IMG/VR virus record: IMGVR_UViG_3300023179_000031
Span: 32,001 to 96,000 of that record
Strand: one strand, 5' to 3'
Source: a virus
Length of the DNA stretch: 64,000 nt
Part shown: piece by piece, positions 20,082 to 30,494 of the stretch
Position numbering within the stretch: position 1 is the first letter of the stretch
How the letters are laid out: each line of letters starts with the position of its first letter
Program-made: the position numbers and the translations under genes
Notes under the pieces: model-generated
The model's input: the letters and a program-made list of their open reading frames with translations, nothing else
Told to the model about the DNA's origin: nothing
Databases searched by the model: none

Positions 20082-20441
20082 ATGTTGTATGATTATATTT
20101 GTGCAGAATGTCATAATGAAATGATCGATGTTCATCAATCAATCAAGGATGATGCTCTAGTAACTTGTCCACAGTGTGGTCAAGATGCCCTACAGAGAGT
20201 AGTATATGGTGGACTCGGAGCTTTCGTGAAAGACGTTAAGACCATTGGACAGCTAGCGGACAATAACTGGAAAAAGCTAGGACATTATAAAAGGTCTGAA
20301 GAAGAAGCAAAAGCCAAGCAGAAAGAGCAGGAGCAACAAGGTTCTTCTGTCCTTTCTGCTTTTGGCTCTGCTTCAAAAAAAGAAATTAATAAAATGACTC
20401 CAGAACAAAAGAAGAAATATATTATCACAGGTGACAAATGA
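20082..20441 (+). CDS. FmdB-like zinc-ribbon protein
   Basis: YDYICAEC..Q..D..TCPQCG..LQRV. Confidence 0.8.
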   Translation: MLYDYICAECHNEMIDVHQSIKDDALVTCPQCGQDALQRVVYGGLGAFVKDVKTIGQLADNNWKKLGHYKRSEEEAKAKQKEQEQQGSSVLSAFGSASKKEINKMTPEQKKKYIITGDK

Positions 20442-20779
20442 AATTTGTAGAATCATTCTCAAAAGATGACTTTGTTTTAAAAACACAAGAAGATCTCTTT
20501 AACAAGCTAGGTGAAACACCGGCTGGAGAAAAAGACAAAGTATTTGCAAAATATACAAAAGCAGAACTTGGCAACGGTGCTTTTCAGAAGAAGTATTATG
20601 TACTAACATATAATAATGCTCCTTATGATCCAACAGGTATTGATAGCCACAGAGAATCTACTTTAAATATGAAACTTAAGAGCGTATCTCAAACAACGTT
20701 TGATAATTACGTTCTATATCTTAAGACTAGAAATCCTATCTATATGACAAAAGCACAAAGGAGTTTTATTAATGGTTAA
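20438..20779 (+). CDS. Hypothetical protein
   Basis: Translationally coupled 113-aa ORF within the operon. Confidence 0.65.
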   Translation: MKFVESFSKDDFVLKTQEDLFNKLGETPAGEKDKVFAKYTKAELGNGAFQKKYYVLTYNNAPYDPTGIDSHRESTLNMKLKSVSQTTFDNYVLYLKTRNPIYMTKAQRSFING

Positions 20780-21077
20780 AAAAGGACCAATAGGAAAGGT
20801 GGAAGGCTTTTATATAGAGCAGAACTACAAAAATATGGACATTGCAGAAATAGCAACAGATTTGAATCGACCAATTACGTCTGTTGAAAACTATATCAAG
20901 AAACATATTGTAAAAGCTACGCAAACTGTAGCAACATCATCTGGATTAAAAGCCGGTGATCAGTTCATAAGACAAGATGGCATTACAATTATGTCAGAAA
21001 ATGCATCTACTCTAGGCGATGCTAAAAAAGCTAAGTCAACAAGAAGCAATCCTTGCATAACAAAGATTAAACCATGA
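20772..21077 (+). CDS. Hypothetical protein, possible HTH
   Basis: DIAEIATDLNRPITSVENYI resembles a helix-turn-helix. Confidence 0.55.
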   Translation: MVKKGPIGKVEGFYIEQNYKNMDIAEIATDLNRPITSVENYIKKHIVKATQTVATSSGLKAGDQFIRQDGITIMSENASTLGDAKKAKSTRSNPCITKIKP

Positions 21078-21520
21078 GCTATATATTTGGAATTGATAAT
21101 TGGCGTAAGCACTACGCCGCTTGCGATGATACAAAGAAAATTTGGATAGTTGTTGAAACTTCTGATAACGTTTCAGCATATTTAGAAAAGTATGATCAGT
21201 GGCTAACATTCAAGGATTATTGTTCCCAAAATAATCTAAAGATAAATAGCGTTGGGTTGCAATATCGATCTAACGTTGTTACAACTGATACAAAGAATGC
21301 CGATGCCGTTTACGTTATACGATCTGTAAAAGGGCAAATGGGCGGCACAAGCCGCGATTGCTATACAATTGGCGTAATAAACGGCGATAAAGCTAAAAAG
21401 ACGATGTGGTTGACTCCAGAACTAATTGAAGACAGTTCTTATGAAGATGATCTAAACAGTTGCTTTGAGGAAGCGTTGATTTACAATGACAGAACAGCAA
21501 AACAGACCAGAACTATTTAA
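21074..21520 (+). CDS. Hypothetical protein
   Basis: Coupled 148-aa ORF. Confidence 0.6.
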   Translation: MSYIFGIDNWRKHYAACDDTKKIWIVVETSDNVSAYLEKYDQWLTFKDYCSQNNLKINSVGLQYRSNVVTTDTKNADAVYVIRSVKGQMGGTSRDCYTIGVINGDKAKKTMWLTPELIEDSSYEDDLNSCFEEALIYNDRTAKQTRTI

Positions 21521-22007
21521 TCAAGATTACCAGAAGCAATGGTCTGAAACACACAAGTACAAGCATATCCATACTGGAGAATACTGTACTTTTGAAGCTT
21601 ATGTTGCAGAATACATTGTTATTCGCAGATCAGAAAAGCTAAACCTTGGTAAACCATCATATAAATTTTGGACCAAGGGTGATCCACTCCATTGGCTTTG
21701 GAAAAAGCAGTTTGGTGCGGCAGTGCAGCTTAAAAAGAAATACAGCGAAGAAGCGATATTAGCTGCTATAAAGTCAAAAGAATTTGATAATCTGCTAGTG
21801 CTAGGTGTCCAGAATGGCAGAGGCTACAAAATTAATCCGCTTGCGGAAAAGGTTGTTGCCCTGTATCATAGAAAAATAGAGGATGCCAAGACCAACAAGC
21901 CAGAAGTCAACTATGATGTTGAGGCTCCAAAAGAAGAAGTGCAAGTCAGAAAAACACAGTCATATTCAAAGAAGAAGACAACTATTAATCAATTGAGGAA
22001 TCTATGA
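21486..22007 (+). CDS. Hypothetical protein upstream of recA
   Basis: 173-aa ORF overlapping both neighbours. Confidence 0.6.
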   Translation: MTEQQNRPELFNQDYQKQWSETHKYKHIHTGEYCTFEAYVAEYIVIRRSEKLNLGKPSYKFWTKGDPLHWLWKKQFGAAVQLKKKYSEEAILAAIKSKEFDNLLVLGVQNGRGYKINPLAEKVVALYHRKIEDAKTNKPEVNYDVEAPKEEVQVRKTQSYSKKKTTINQLRNL

Positions 22008-23107
22008 GCAAAGTCAAGAAAGCAAGTAAGTTTACAGAAGACTTGGTAAGTAATAACATTGTTAGCAAGTATGGCGACGTTGTTAGGAGCGGCACAGAAG
22101 TATTAGAGAACATCAATAATCTTAATGTGATTGGCGTATCTCCAGCACTTGATATTGCACTTGGTGGCGGTCTACGCGAAGGCTCAGTTGTAGTAATGAC
22201 CGGAGATCCAAAGAGCGGAAAGACAACTACCGCATTGCATTTTGCAGCTAAGTGTCAACAGAAAAACAAGAGAGTAATTTATGTAAATACTGAGGGTAGA
22301 CTGTCTAAGCAGAACTTTCTAGGTATAAAAGGTCTTAATCCAGATAACATTCTTATTGTAGAGTCTACAGATGAAAGAGTTTTGTCGGCAGAAGACTTTC
22401 TTAACATTATAGAGAATTATATCAATAATGATCCCGGATGTTTAATAATTGCAGACTCTTTATCTAACATGGTTCCAGCCGTTGAGCTAGAGGGCGAAGT
22501 TAGAACTGGTGTAAGAAATGCCTTGCCACGACTACTATCCATGTTCTTCAAGAGAATCAGTGGTACTCTTATGAAGAATAAGACTATTCTAGTATGCATT
22601 ACGCACAATATTGCAAACACTGGCGGCTCTCCATATGCTCCGCAGAAGATGGCAGACTGTGGAAACATGTTGCAATATCAAGCTGGAACCAACATGGTAA
22701 TTACTCATAGAGGCAAGTGGCAAGTTCCAAAGGATACTGGTCCTCATGTTGGTCAAATTGCTAACTGGTCTATTAAGACTTCTTGTGCTGGTGGTAGACC
22801 AAACAGCACAGCAGAAAGCTGGATTAAATATGGTATTGGCATTGATGAGGTTCAAGAGATTATTCATATCGCATGTGAGTTTCGATTGATTAAGGCTGCT
22901 GGAGCTTGGTATACAATACAATGCGCAGTAGATGATTTAAATAATCCCATGATAAATGAGATTCTTGAAGAAAATAAGATTGCTAGAACTCCAGAAGATA
23001 TTGAAAGGTTCTTCAAGTTTCAGGGTGTAAATGCTGTGGCTGACTTCTTAAATAATAATCAAAAGATGGCAGCTTTTGTTTACGAAAAGATTAAGGAGCT
23101 ACATTGA
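22004..23107 (+). CDS. recA: RecA/UvsX-family recombinase
   Basis: LDIALGGG, Walker A GDPKSGKTT, IIADSL, IKAAGAWY. Confidence 0.92.
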   Translation: MSKVKKASKFTEDLVSNNIVSKYGDVVRSGTEVLENINNLNVIGVSPALDIALGGGLREGSVVVMTGDPKSGKTTTALHFAAKCQQKNKRVIYVNTEGRLSKQNFLGIKGLNPDNILIVESTDERVLSAEDFLNIIENYINNDPGCLIIADSLSNMVPAVELEGEVRTGVRNALPRLLSMFFKRISGTLMKNKTILVCITHNIANTGGSPYAPQKMADCGNMLQYQAGTNMVITHRGKWQVPKDTGPHVGQIANWSIKTSCAGGRPNSTAESWIKYGIGIDEVQEIIHIACEFRLIKAAGAWYTIQCAVDDLNNPMINEILEENKIARTPEDIERFFKFQGVNAVADFLNNNQKMAAFVYEKIKELH

Positions 23108-23526
23108 AAGTCAAAGGGATCAATGGTAAAGAATATATTTGGAATCTAACCAAATATGATATCTTTTATGATGATACCCGTAAGAGATCAAAGTATCATT
23201 TACGTGCAAGAAATTTGTTAAAGGAAATATTTCATAGTTATAGAATACTTGAAGAAGTAAAGCTACCGGGAAGCACAGCATTAAACAGAAAATCTGTACT
23301 CTACCTTGACTTCTACATTCCATCGCTTAAGATGGCTTTTGAGGTACATGGAGAACAGCACTATGAATACTGCCCATTCTTCCATAAGAACAAAGCAGAT
23401 TTTTTAAAGGCAAAAGCCAGAGATGAAGATAAAATAGAGTGGTGTAACCTCAACGATATAAAAATTGTAGTCCTAAATTTTAAAGAAAGCGACGATGAGT
23501 GGCGAAAACACATTAAAGGCGGCTGA
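23104..23526 (+). CDS. PD-(D/E)xK / Vsr-like endonuclease
   Basis: LYLDFYIP..AFEVHGEQHY...RDEDKIEWC. Confidence 0.75.
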   Translation: MKVKGINGKEYIWNLTKYDIFYDDTRKRSKYHLRARNLLKEIFHSYRILEEVKLPGSTALNRKSVLYLDFYIPSLKMAFEVHGEQHYEYCPFFHKNKADFLKAKARDEDKIEWCNLNDIKIVVLNFKESDDEWRKHIKGG

Positions 23527-23971
23527 TAAATTATCTGAGCATATCAGTTTAATTTCATCATATATTGAGATTAGTAATACTAAATTCTCATCATTTCGTG
23601 AGGAATATTTACTTGCTGCAAACCTGTCTTCTGAGCAGCTTAAGAAGCTAACACAGCAAGAAGCTTTTGATACAGCTTACTTATTATATGCTTATGCTAC
23701 ATATATACAGGATGAGATAAATAAGAATAAAATAGCACTAAACTGGTGCAATGACCAGCTAGAAAAGCTAGTGGTTGCTCACAATGATGAGTTTAGTCAA
23801 TACACTAAGCATGAAGTTAAGCGGCAGATTATAATAAGAGACAACAACTATGCTGCATCTGTTGATAAGATGCGTGAAGTTGCTGAAGGTAGACTTCAGG
23901 CATTAGATGGTAAAGTTTATGAACTGAAACGCAAAGCTGACATTCTATTAGAAAAAGCTAAGAGGTTATGA
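23495..23971 (+). CDS. Helical protein, possible UvsY-like recombination mediator
   Basis: All-helical, coiled-coil character and position after recA; function is inferred. Confidence 0.45.
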   Translation: MSGENTLKAADKLSEHISLISSYIEISNTKFSSFREEYLLAANLSSEQLKKLTQQEAFDTAYLLYAYATYIQDEINKNKIALNWCNDQLEKLVVAHNDEFSQYTKHEVKRQIIIRDNNYAASVDKMREVAEGRLQALDGKVYELKRKADILLEKAKRL

Positions 23972-24387
23972 TGGATTTGAACAATTTTTTCAACTCGTTA
24001 ACAGACGAGCAAAAACTACAATTAGCGAACGCTTTAATGAATTCCACTTCTAAACAGCCAAGCGAGAAGAAAGAAGAAGACTTTGTAGTTAAAACAACTC
24101 AGCCACCCAAAAAGACTGCCTCTGTTGGGGAGGATTTTATTGTTAAGAAGGCAGAACAACACCCAGCTAGGAGAAAAGAATCCGTGAAAGCTAGACATAA
24201 CCAGTGGGAAGACACTGGGGAATTTAAAGATGTGCATACTCCAGAATACGAAAGGACTCCACGACGCAGAGAGGCTCCACGCAAAGAGGATGTAGAGTGC
24301 CATGTTTGTGGAAAATCATTCAAGATAGATCCACGTTTTAGTTATGGTGAATACTATCGATGCAACAGGTGTACAGGCAAGAAATAA
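23968..24387 (+). CDS. Hypothetical protein with C-terminal zinc ribbon
   Basis: CHVCG...CNRC. Confidence 0.65.
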   Translation: MMDLNNFFNSLTDEQKLQLANALMNSTSKQPSEKKEEDFVVKTTQPPKKTASVGEDFIVKKAEQHPARRKESVKARHNQWEDTGEFKDVHTPEYERTPRRREAPRKEDVECHVCGKSFKIDPRFSYGEYYRCNRCTGKK

Positions 24388-24389
24388 TT

Positions 24390-25868
24390 ATGGAAGAAAA
24401 ACTAGTTGATATAGGTGCCGAAAGAGCGGTACTAGCTGGACTATTACAGCATGGAATTGATGGATATGTCACGGTGGCTGATCTTATTAGCCCCGAAACA
24501 TTTGGCAATTCCAATAATCAGATTCTATTTAAGTGTGTAGAAAAGATTATTAGCAATGATCAGACTGTTGATATTGCATCTATATTATCTTCAGCGAGTC
24601 AATTAGGATTTTCTGATATAATCAATACTAACCAAGAGCTTAAGTACATTAAGTCTCTTTTTGATTTTCCTGTAAATAAAGAGAATATTCTTAGTTTTGC
24701 AGTTCAAATTAAAAAGTTTGAGTTTGCTAGGAAGATCAAGAAACTTACATCTAAAATCCATAAGGATATTGATGGTGTAACTGGAACAGAAACCATTAAT
24801 GAAATCATACAAATTCTAGAGAATCCCGTAACAGATTTTCTTAGAGAAGATGATGGTGGCGATGTTCCCCAAAAAATAGGTAACGGAGTTAGTGATTATG
24901 TACAATTCTTGGGAGAAAACAAGTGCGATATTATTGGTATTCCAACGGGATTTGCAAAATACGATCAAGCCATTGGTGGCGGTCTTAGACGCAAATGCGT
25001 TGACCTTATTTCTGCACGACCAAAAGTTGGTAAATCTGTATTCGCTGATAACGTTGCATTAAATGTATCATCTCTAAACATTCCAGTTCTGGTATTAGAT
25101 ACTGAAATGTCCAAGGAAGATCATCTCAATAGACTTATTGCTAATATTAGCGGTGTGCCAATTAATGAAATAGCTACTGGCAAGTTTGTTGACGATGAAG
25201 AAAAGCATGAGAAAGTATTAGACGCTGTTAAGAAGCTAGAATCTATTCCATATAGCTATATCAGTGTTGCTGGTAAACCATTTGAGCAAATCTTAAATCT
25301 CATTAAGAGATGGATAGTGCAAGAAGTTAAGAGTGATTACACTGGTAAGACAAATGATTGCTTAGTGATATACGATTACTTGAAGCTTATGTCATCTAGT
25401 TCTATCACAAATAATATTCAGGAATATCAAGCTCTTGGTTTTCAGATTACATCATTGCATAATCTTTGCGTTAAGCTAGATATTCCATGTTTGTCATTTG
25501 TGCAATTGAACAGGGATGGTATAACTAAGGAAAGCACAGACGCTGTATCGGGTTCAGATAGATTAATTTGGCTATGTACATCATTCTCAATCTTCAAGGC
25601 TAAATCTCCAGAAGAGCTAGCAGAAGATGGACCAAATGCTGGAAACAGGAAGCTTGTTCCGATTGTTTCAAGACATGGTGGCGGACTAGACGATGGTGAT
25701 TATATCAACATGTTGATGCAAGGATCTCATGCGAAATTGACAGAGCTTAGAACAAGAAATGAATTTAAGAATCAGCCAGTAGGAGATACTGGCTTGGTAA
25801 ATAATGAGTCACTAATTAAAATTAAGATTGCAGATGGACTTACAGCAAATCAAGAAGAAGCTGAATGA
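24390..25868 (+). CDS. dnaB: Replicative DNA helicase
   Basis: AERAVLAG, ARPKVGKS, DTEM, IYDYLKL, VQLNR; no intein. Confidence 0.93.
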   Translation: MEEKLVDIGAERAVLAGLLQHGIDGYVTVADLISPETFGNSNNQILFKCVEKIISNDQTVDIASILSSASQLGFSDIINTNQELKYIKSLFDFPVNKENILSFAVQIKKFEFARKIKKLTSKIHKDIDGVTGTETINEIIQILENPVTDFLREDDGGDVPQKIGNGVSDYVQFLGENKCDIIGIPTGFAKYDQAIGGGLRRKCVDLISARPKVGKSVFADNVALNVSSLNIPVLVLDTEMSKEDHLNRLIANISGVPINEIATGKFVDDEEKHEKVLDAVKKLESIPYSYISVAGKPFEQILNLIKRWIVQEVKSDYTGKTNDCLVIYDYLKLMSSSSITNNIQEYQALGFQITSLHNLCVKLDIPCLSFVQLNRDGITKESTDAVSGSDRLIWLCTSFSIFKAKSPEELAEDGPNAGNRKLVPIVSRHGGGLDDGDYINMLMQGSHAKLTELRTRNEFKNQPVGDTGLVNNESLIKIKIADGLTANQEEAE

Positions 25869-26865
25869 TAACTGGGAACTAGTTTTCAAAGAACTAGGGA
25901 TGCAGTACGAGAACTTTGGGGATAATATCTACTCAACATGTCCAATACATGAGGGTAGTGATAATCCAAGAGCTTTTTCGTATTCAGTTAGCAAAGGTAT
26001 ATGGAAATGCTGGACTAGAGATTGTCAGCACTCACATAAAAATGACATATTTGGATTAATAATAGGGGCTTTATCTGCTAAAGAGAATATAGATATTGAC
26101 TTCTCTCAAGCCCTGAAGTGGTCATGCAAACTACTAAAAATAGATAAGTCTTATAGTCAAAATAAAAAACAAGATGTAGAACTAAAAGAAGAAGATGAAG
26201 ATTTTTTCAATGTTATTAATATCTTTAAGTCAGACGTTGAAGAATATAGGCATAAAAAAGTTGACATAAAATGCGATGTATGCTGTCCTTCAAAATATTT
26301 TATAAGTCGAGGCTTTTCTGAAGAGACGCTAGAACATTTTGGTGTTGGAGACTGTTATGATGGTGGTTCAAAACTACGTGACAGAGCTATAATACCAATA
26401 CATGATGATGGTGGTAATGATATTGTTGGAATCATTGGTAGGGCTGTTAAAGATTACATATCACCTAAGTTTTTATTGCACCCAAAAGGTTTTGACAAGA
26501 GGTATTTTTTCTATAATTACCATAGAGCTATAGAAAAAGCCAAAGAAACATCATGTTTATTTATAGTTGAAGGTCAGGGAGATGTTTGGAGATTGTATGA
26601 GGCTGGAGTGATTAATGTTGTTAGCATTTTTGGGAAAACCATTAGTAAACAACAAGAAGAAAAGTTACAAAAGCTTCCAATTACACATCTTATAATATTG
26701 ACAGATAATGATCAAGCTGGAAGAGAAGCTAAGGTTCAGATTAAAAGACAACTAAGCAGAATGTATAAATTAACATTTCCAAAAATGTCTACCAAAGATG
26801 TTGGCGACATGACAACAGAACAAATCAAAAGTAAGATACTGCAAAACTTGAAAGGAACATTTTAA
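25828..26865 (+). CDS. dnaG: DNA primase (zinc finger + TOPRIM)
   Basis: CPIH..WKCWTRDC zinc domain; VEGQGDV; DNDQAG; KDVGD. Likely start is the ATG at 25834. Confidence 0.92.
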   Translation: MQMDLQQIKKKLNDNWELVFKELGMQYENFGDNIYSTCPIHEGSDNPRAFSYSVSKGIWKCWTRDCQHSHKNDIFGLIIGALSAKENIDIDFSQALKWSCKLLKIDKSYSQNKKQDVELKEEDEDFFNVINIFKSDVEEYRHKKVDIKCDVCCPSKYFISRGFSEETLEHFGVGDCYDGGSKLRDRAIIPIHDDGGNDIVGIIGRAVKDYISPKFLLHPKGFDKRYFFYNYHRAIEKAKETSCLFIVEGQGDVWRLYEAGVINVVSIFGKTISKQQEEKLQKLPITHLIILTDNDQAGREAKVQIKRQLSRMYKLTFPKMSTKDVGDMTTEQIKSKILQNLKGTF

Positions 26866-27608
26866 TGGCTAAGATAATTGGTATTTCTGGTAAGAAGCAG
26901 TCTGGTAAAAATACTGCTGCAAACTACATCAATGGAACTATTTTAAAGTCAAAGGGGATGGTTGAAAATTTTTACATTGATGATGAAGGAAATCTTGGTA
27001 TTAAAACAACTGATCAACTTGGTCAAGCTGGTTATGGCATACTAGATGTAACTAGAAAAGATGCGGAATTCGTTGAGTATGCTGAGAAGGAAATGTGGCC
27101 TTTTATTAAGGTGTACCATTTTGCAGACGCTCTTAAGGAAATATCGGCCTCTTTATTTGGTTTGAATTTACAGCAGTTATATGGCACGGACAAGCAGAAG
27201 AATATGAAAACAAATCTTCTGTGGGAAGACTTGCCAACACCAGAGGGTAAAACTGGAAAGATGACAAATAGAGAATTTTTAGAATACTTTGGTACAAAGA
27301 TTGTTCGTAAGATCAGATCAGACGCTTGGGTAAAGGCCACTATTAACAAAATAGTAGCTGAAAGTTCTGAGATTGCTATTATACCAGATGTTAGGTTTCC
27401 AAATGAGGTGGAAGCAATTAAGGATAATGGTGGAATTGTTATCAGATTGCAAAGAGATATATTTAAGTCTACAATAGAGTGTGAAACTGCACTTGATGAA
27501 GATAAATTTGATTGGTCAGTTTTTGATCATGTAATTGATAACCGTGATATAAGTATGACCGATTTTTGCTCTAAGCTAGAGTCTATTAACACAGTTTGGA
27601 GCATATAA
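26865..27608 (+). CDS. Deoxynucleoside monophosphate kinase
   Basis: IIGISGKKQSGKNT, FADALK, REFLEYFGT, DVRFPNE (T4 gp1-like). Confidence 0.88.
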   Translation: MAKIIGISGKKQSGKNTAANYINGTILKSKGMVENFYIDDEGNLGIKTTDQLGQAGYGILDVTRKDAEFVEYAEKEMWPFIKVYHFADALKEISASLFGLNLQQLYGTDKQKNMKTNLLWEDLPTPEGKTGKMTNREFLEYFGTKIVRKIRSDAWVKATINKIVAESSEIAIIPDVRFPNEVEAIKDNGGIVIRLQRDIFKSTIECETALDEDKFDWSVFDHVIDNRDISMTDFCSKLESINTVWSI

Positions 27609-28630
27609 TGCTAGTAACATATATAAGATCATCTAGTTACAACAATTATTCATATTGCCAAATGCAATATTTTATTACGTATGTTCTTGGTCATCAACCA
27701 GCTAGTGGGAAAAAGGCTGAACTAGGAACTATAGTACATAAAGTAATGGAAGTTCTTGCCAAACTAAAAAAGGAGATGCAAGATAATCCTAAAAAACTAA
27801 AGCTTGTAGTTGAAGATGATGCCGTAGGGAAAATAGACATCAAAAAAACAGAGTTGTTTACAAAGGCATTAGTTGATGATTTAATCAAAAGAAGCTTTCA
27901 TTTCTACACCAAAGACTCTGCACATTCATTTTCTAAAGCAGATAATGGCAACTGTGGCGAATTAGTTTGGAATACATTGAAATATAATGATGGACAGTTT
28001 GACCCTAGAAATAGAAAGATTATTGCAGCAGAGCCACATTTCGATATACCAATTGAAGAAGATTGGGCTAAGTATACTTATAAAATGCCAGATGGAAACA
28101 TTGTAAACGGTCAGCTTGCTATCAAGGGAACAATAGACCTAGTAACTGAAACGCAAGAGGGTATTATTGAAGTAATAGATTGGAAGACAGGTAAAAGACT
28201 AGATTGGGCCACCGGAGAAGAAAAAACGTATGAAAAGCTATGCTCAGACCCCCAGTTGCTACTATATAACTATGCTATATCAAAGCTATTTCCACAGTAT
28301 CACCAAACTATTATGTCTATATTTTTCATTAAGGATGGAGGACCATTCTCCATGTGTTTTGATAAATCAGACCATACAAAGTTTCTTAACATGCTGAAAG
28401 AGAAATATCAACATATTAAGCAAAATGATACTCCAAAACCCATTTCTGTTGACAGAAGTAGCTGGAAATGCACCAAATTGTGCCACTATTGCAAAAATAA
28501 GTGGCCCGATACTGATACTAATATGTGTATGTACATAGAGGACCACCTTAAGAAGAATGGTATGGAAAAGACCATTGAGCATTGTACTAGGGATGGTTTT
28601 GATATCGGTTTTTATTCTGCTCCGGGTTAA
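27608..28630 (+). CDS. Cas4/RecB-like PD-(D/E)xK exonuclease
   Basis: YCQMQY, GTIVH, GTIDLV, VIDWKTG, QLLLY and C-terminal C..LCHYC. Confidence 0.88.
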   Translation: MLVTYIRSSSYNNYSYCQMQYFITYVLGHQPASGKKAELGTIVHKVMEVLAKLKKEMQDNPKKLKLVVEDDAVGKIDIKKTELFTKALVDDLIKRSFHFYTKDSAHSFSKADNGNCGELVWNTLKYNDGQFDPRNRKIIAAEPHFDIPIEEDWAKYTYKMPDGNIVNGQLAIKGTIDLVTETQEGIIEVIDWKTGKRLDWATGEEKTYEKLCSDPQLLLYNYAISKLFPQYHQTIMSIFFIKDGGPFSMCFDKSDHTKFLNMLKEKYQHIKQNDTPKPISVDRSSWKCTKLCHYCKNKWPDTDTNMCMYIEDHLKKNGMEKTIEHCTRDGFDIGFYSAPG

Positions 28631-28644
28631 AAAAGGACATTAAT

Positions 28645-29502
28645 ATGAACGACAAATTGTTAACTATTGGCATGGCGACATATGACGATTATGATGGTGT
28701 TTATTTTACAACACAAGCATTAATGCTATATCATGATATTCTTAAAAATATAGATTACGAAATATTGATTATAGATAACAATCCACATGGTCAACACGCT
28801 TCTTTAGTTCGTGATTTGACCCATTGGATGAGCGGCAGAGGTAGATATATCCCATATGAAAACAAAACAAGCACAGCAGTAAGAAATGAAATTTTTGTAA
28901 ATGCGAATGGCAAATATACAATATCATTAGATTGCCACGTTCTTTTAGCTCCAAATAGCATAAATGCTCTATTGGATTATTATTCACAAAATCCAGACTG
29001 TAAGGATATAGTGCAGGGTCCAATGTTGTATGATGATCAAATTAATTATTCTACGCAGTTTGATCCCGTGTGGCGTGGAGATATGTATGGCATTTGGGGT
29101 TCTAATAAAGAGGCATACGAGTTAGGAAAACCATTTGAGATCCCAATGATGGGTCTTGGTACGTTTTCTTGTGAAACCAAGAACTGGAGAGGATTTAATA
29201 AGAGCTTCAAGGGTTTTGGTGGCGAAGAAGGATATATACATGAAAAATTCAGACTCAATGGTGGTAAAGCTATATGCTTGCCACAATTTAAGTGGACGCA
29301 CAGATTTGGTAGACCAAATGGTGTAAAATATCCACTTGTGTTAGAAGATAGAATTTGGAACTATTTTGTTGGATGGCTAGAGCTAACACAAGATCCAGAA
29401 CATAAAATGATTCGTGATACTTACGAACATTTTAAGAATAAGATACCACCAAATAGTATAGATAATATTTTACATCTAGCTATTAATGAGGTTTTGTCAT
29501 GA
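28645..29502 (+). CDS. Glycosyltransferase family 2
   Basis: LTIGMATY, EILIIDN, RN..F..A.GKY.ISLDCH, GFGGEE. Confidence 0.85.
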   Translation: MNDKLLTIGMATYDDYDGVYFTTQALMLYHDILKNIDYEILIIDNNPHGQHASLVRDLTHWMSGRGRYIPYENKTSTAVRNEIFVNANGKYTISLDCHVLLAPNSINALLDYYSQNPDCKDIVQGPMLYDDQINYSTQFDPVWRGDMYGIWGSNKEAYELGKPFEIPMMGLGTFSCETKNWRGFNKSFKGFGGEEGYIHEKFRLNGGKAICLPQFKWTHRFGRPNGVKYPLVLEDRIWNYFVGWLELTQDPEHKMIRDTYEHFKNKIPPNSIDNILHLAINEVLS

Positions 29503-30485
29503 TTGATTTGTTGCCAATCATCAAAGATTCTTTTTCTAAATATAAGATCAGAGATATGCAACTAGACCCCAATGGTCTATGTAATGCTGGATGCTGGTTT
29601 TGCCCAGTTAAATATTTAGGAAACCCAAAAGAATCTCAAGGGCAAATGCCAGTAGATCTTCTTGAGAAAATATTTGCAAATATTGTATCTGAAAGAAGAC
29701 CAGACGGTTTAGTTGATATGGGTTTCAACGGATTCTATACAGCGCATTATAATGAAATACTTATGTACAAGTATTTTGAGGATTTGCTAAAACTGTGTAG
29801 AAAATACAATTTTATTTTTATGGTATTATCCAATGGAACAACTCTAACACCAAAAAAAACAGATTTATTAGTAGAATATCAAGATGTTCTTTCTGGCGTT
29901 TGTTTAAATGTTCCATGTTTTGAGCCTGAATTATGGTCAAAACGTGTTAACCTATCTGAAAAACTATTTCCACAGTTAGTGACCAATATAAAATACTTTA
30001 TAGATCATCATCCAATGAAACTATCTATTCAAGTAAATGGGTGGAATAAAGAAAATAATTGGCTTGACAAAGGTCCAAATTTTCCAGAAGACTTAACAGA
30101 TGAAGAAAATGATAGGCAAGTAGAAATAGCAAAGTCTATGTTTCCACAAGCAAATGTATTTAAAGTATTCCATTTAATTGATCGTGCTGGATATATTGCA
30201 GACGTAATTACTAATAAAAATGCAATAGATCGATATAACGGAAATAAACAAGTTATTGGATGTATGAACTCATATGAAACTGGCGGAAGACCAGTTGGTT
30301 GGGTACATGTCAATGCTCACGGTGAATGTTTTCTGTGTTGCAATGACTACACTATGGAAATAAAGTTTGGAGATTTCAAAACACAAGAATTAAAAGATTT
30401 TTGGGGTAAAGAAGATCATATAAATAAAATCAAAGAGTCTTATGAGACTATTTGTAAAAAATGTGCGTCAGCAAAATACTTATAG
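29499..30485 (+). CDS. Radical SAM enzyme with SPASM/twitch domain
   Basis: CNAGCWFC (CxxxCxxC), LSNGT, RAG, C-terminal GECFLCCND..FGD..CKKC. Confidence 0.9.
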   Translation: MIDLLPIIKDSFSKYKIRDMQLDPNGLCNAGCWFCPVKYLGNPKESQGQMPVDLLEKIFANIVSERRPDGLVDMGFNGFYTAHYNEILMYKYFEDLLKLCRKYNFIFMVLSNGTTLTPKKTDLLVEYQDVLSGVCLNVPCFEPELWSKRVNLSEKLFPQLVTNIKYFIDHHPMKLSIQVNGWNKENNWLDKGPNFPEDLTDEENDRQVEIAKSMFPQANVFKVFHLIDRAGYIADVITNKNAIDRYNGNKQVIGCMNSYETGGRPVGWVHVNAHGECFLCCNDYTMEIKFGDFKTQELKDFWGKEDHINKIKESYETICKKCASAKYL

Positions 30486-30494
30486 GAGAATATA

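Noticed and set aside
27608-28630. CRISPR-Cas system (Cas4-like gene)
   Set aside because: No repeat-spacer array or other cas genes. Solo Cas4-like nucleases are common phage replication/recombination genes.
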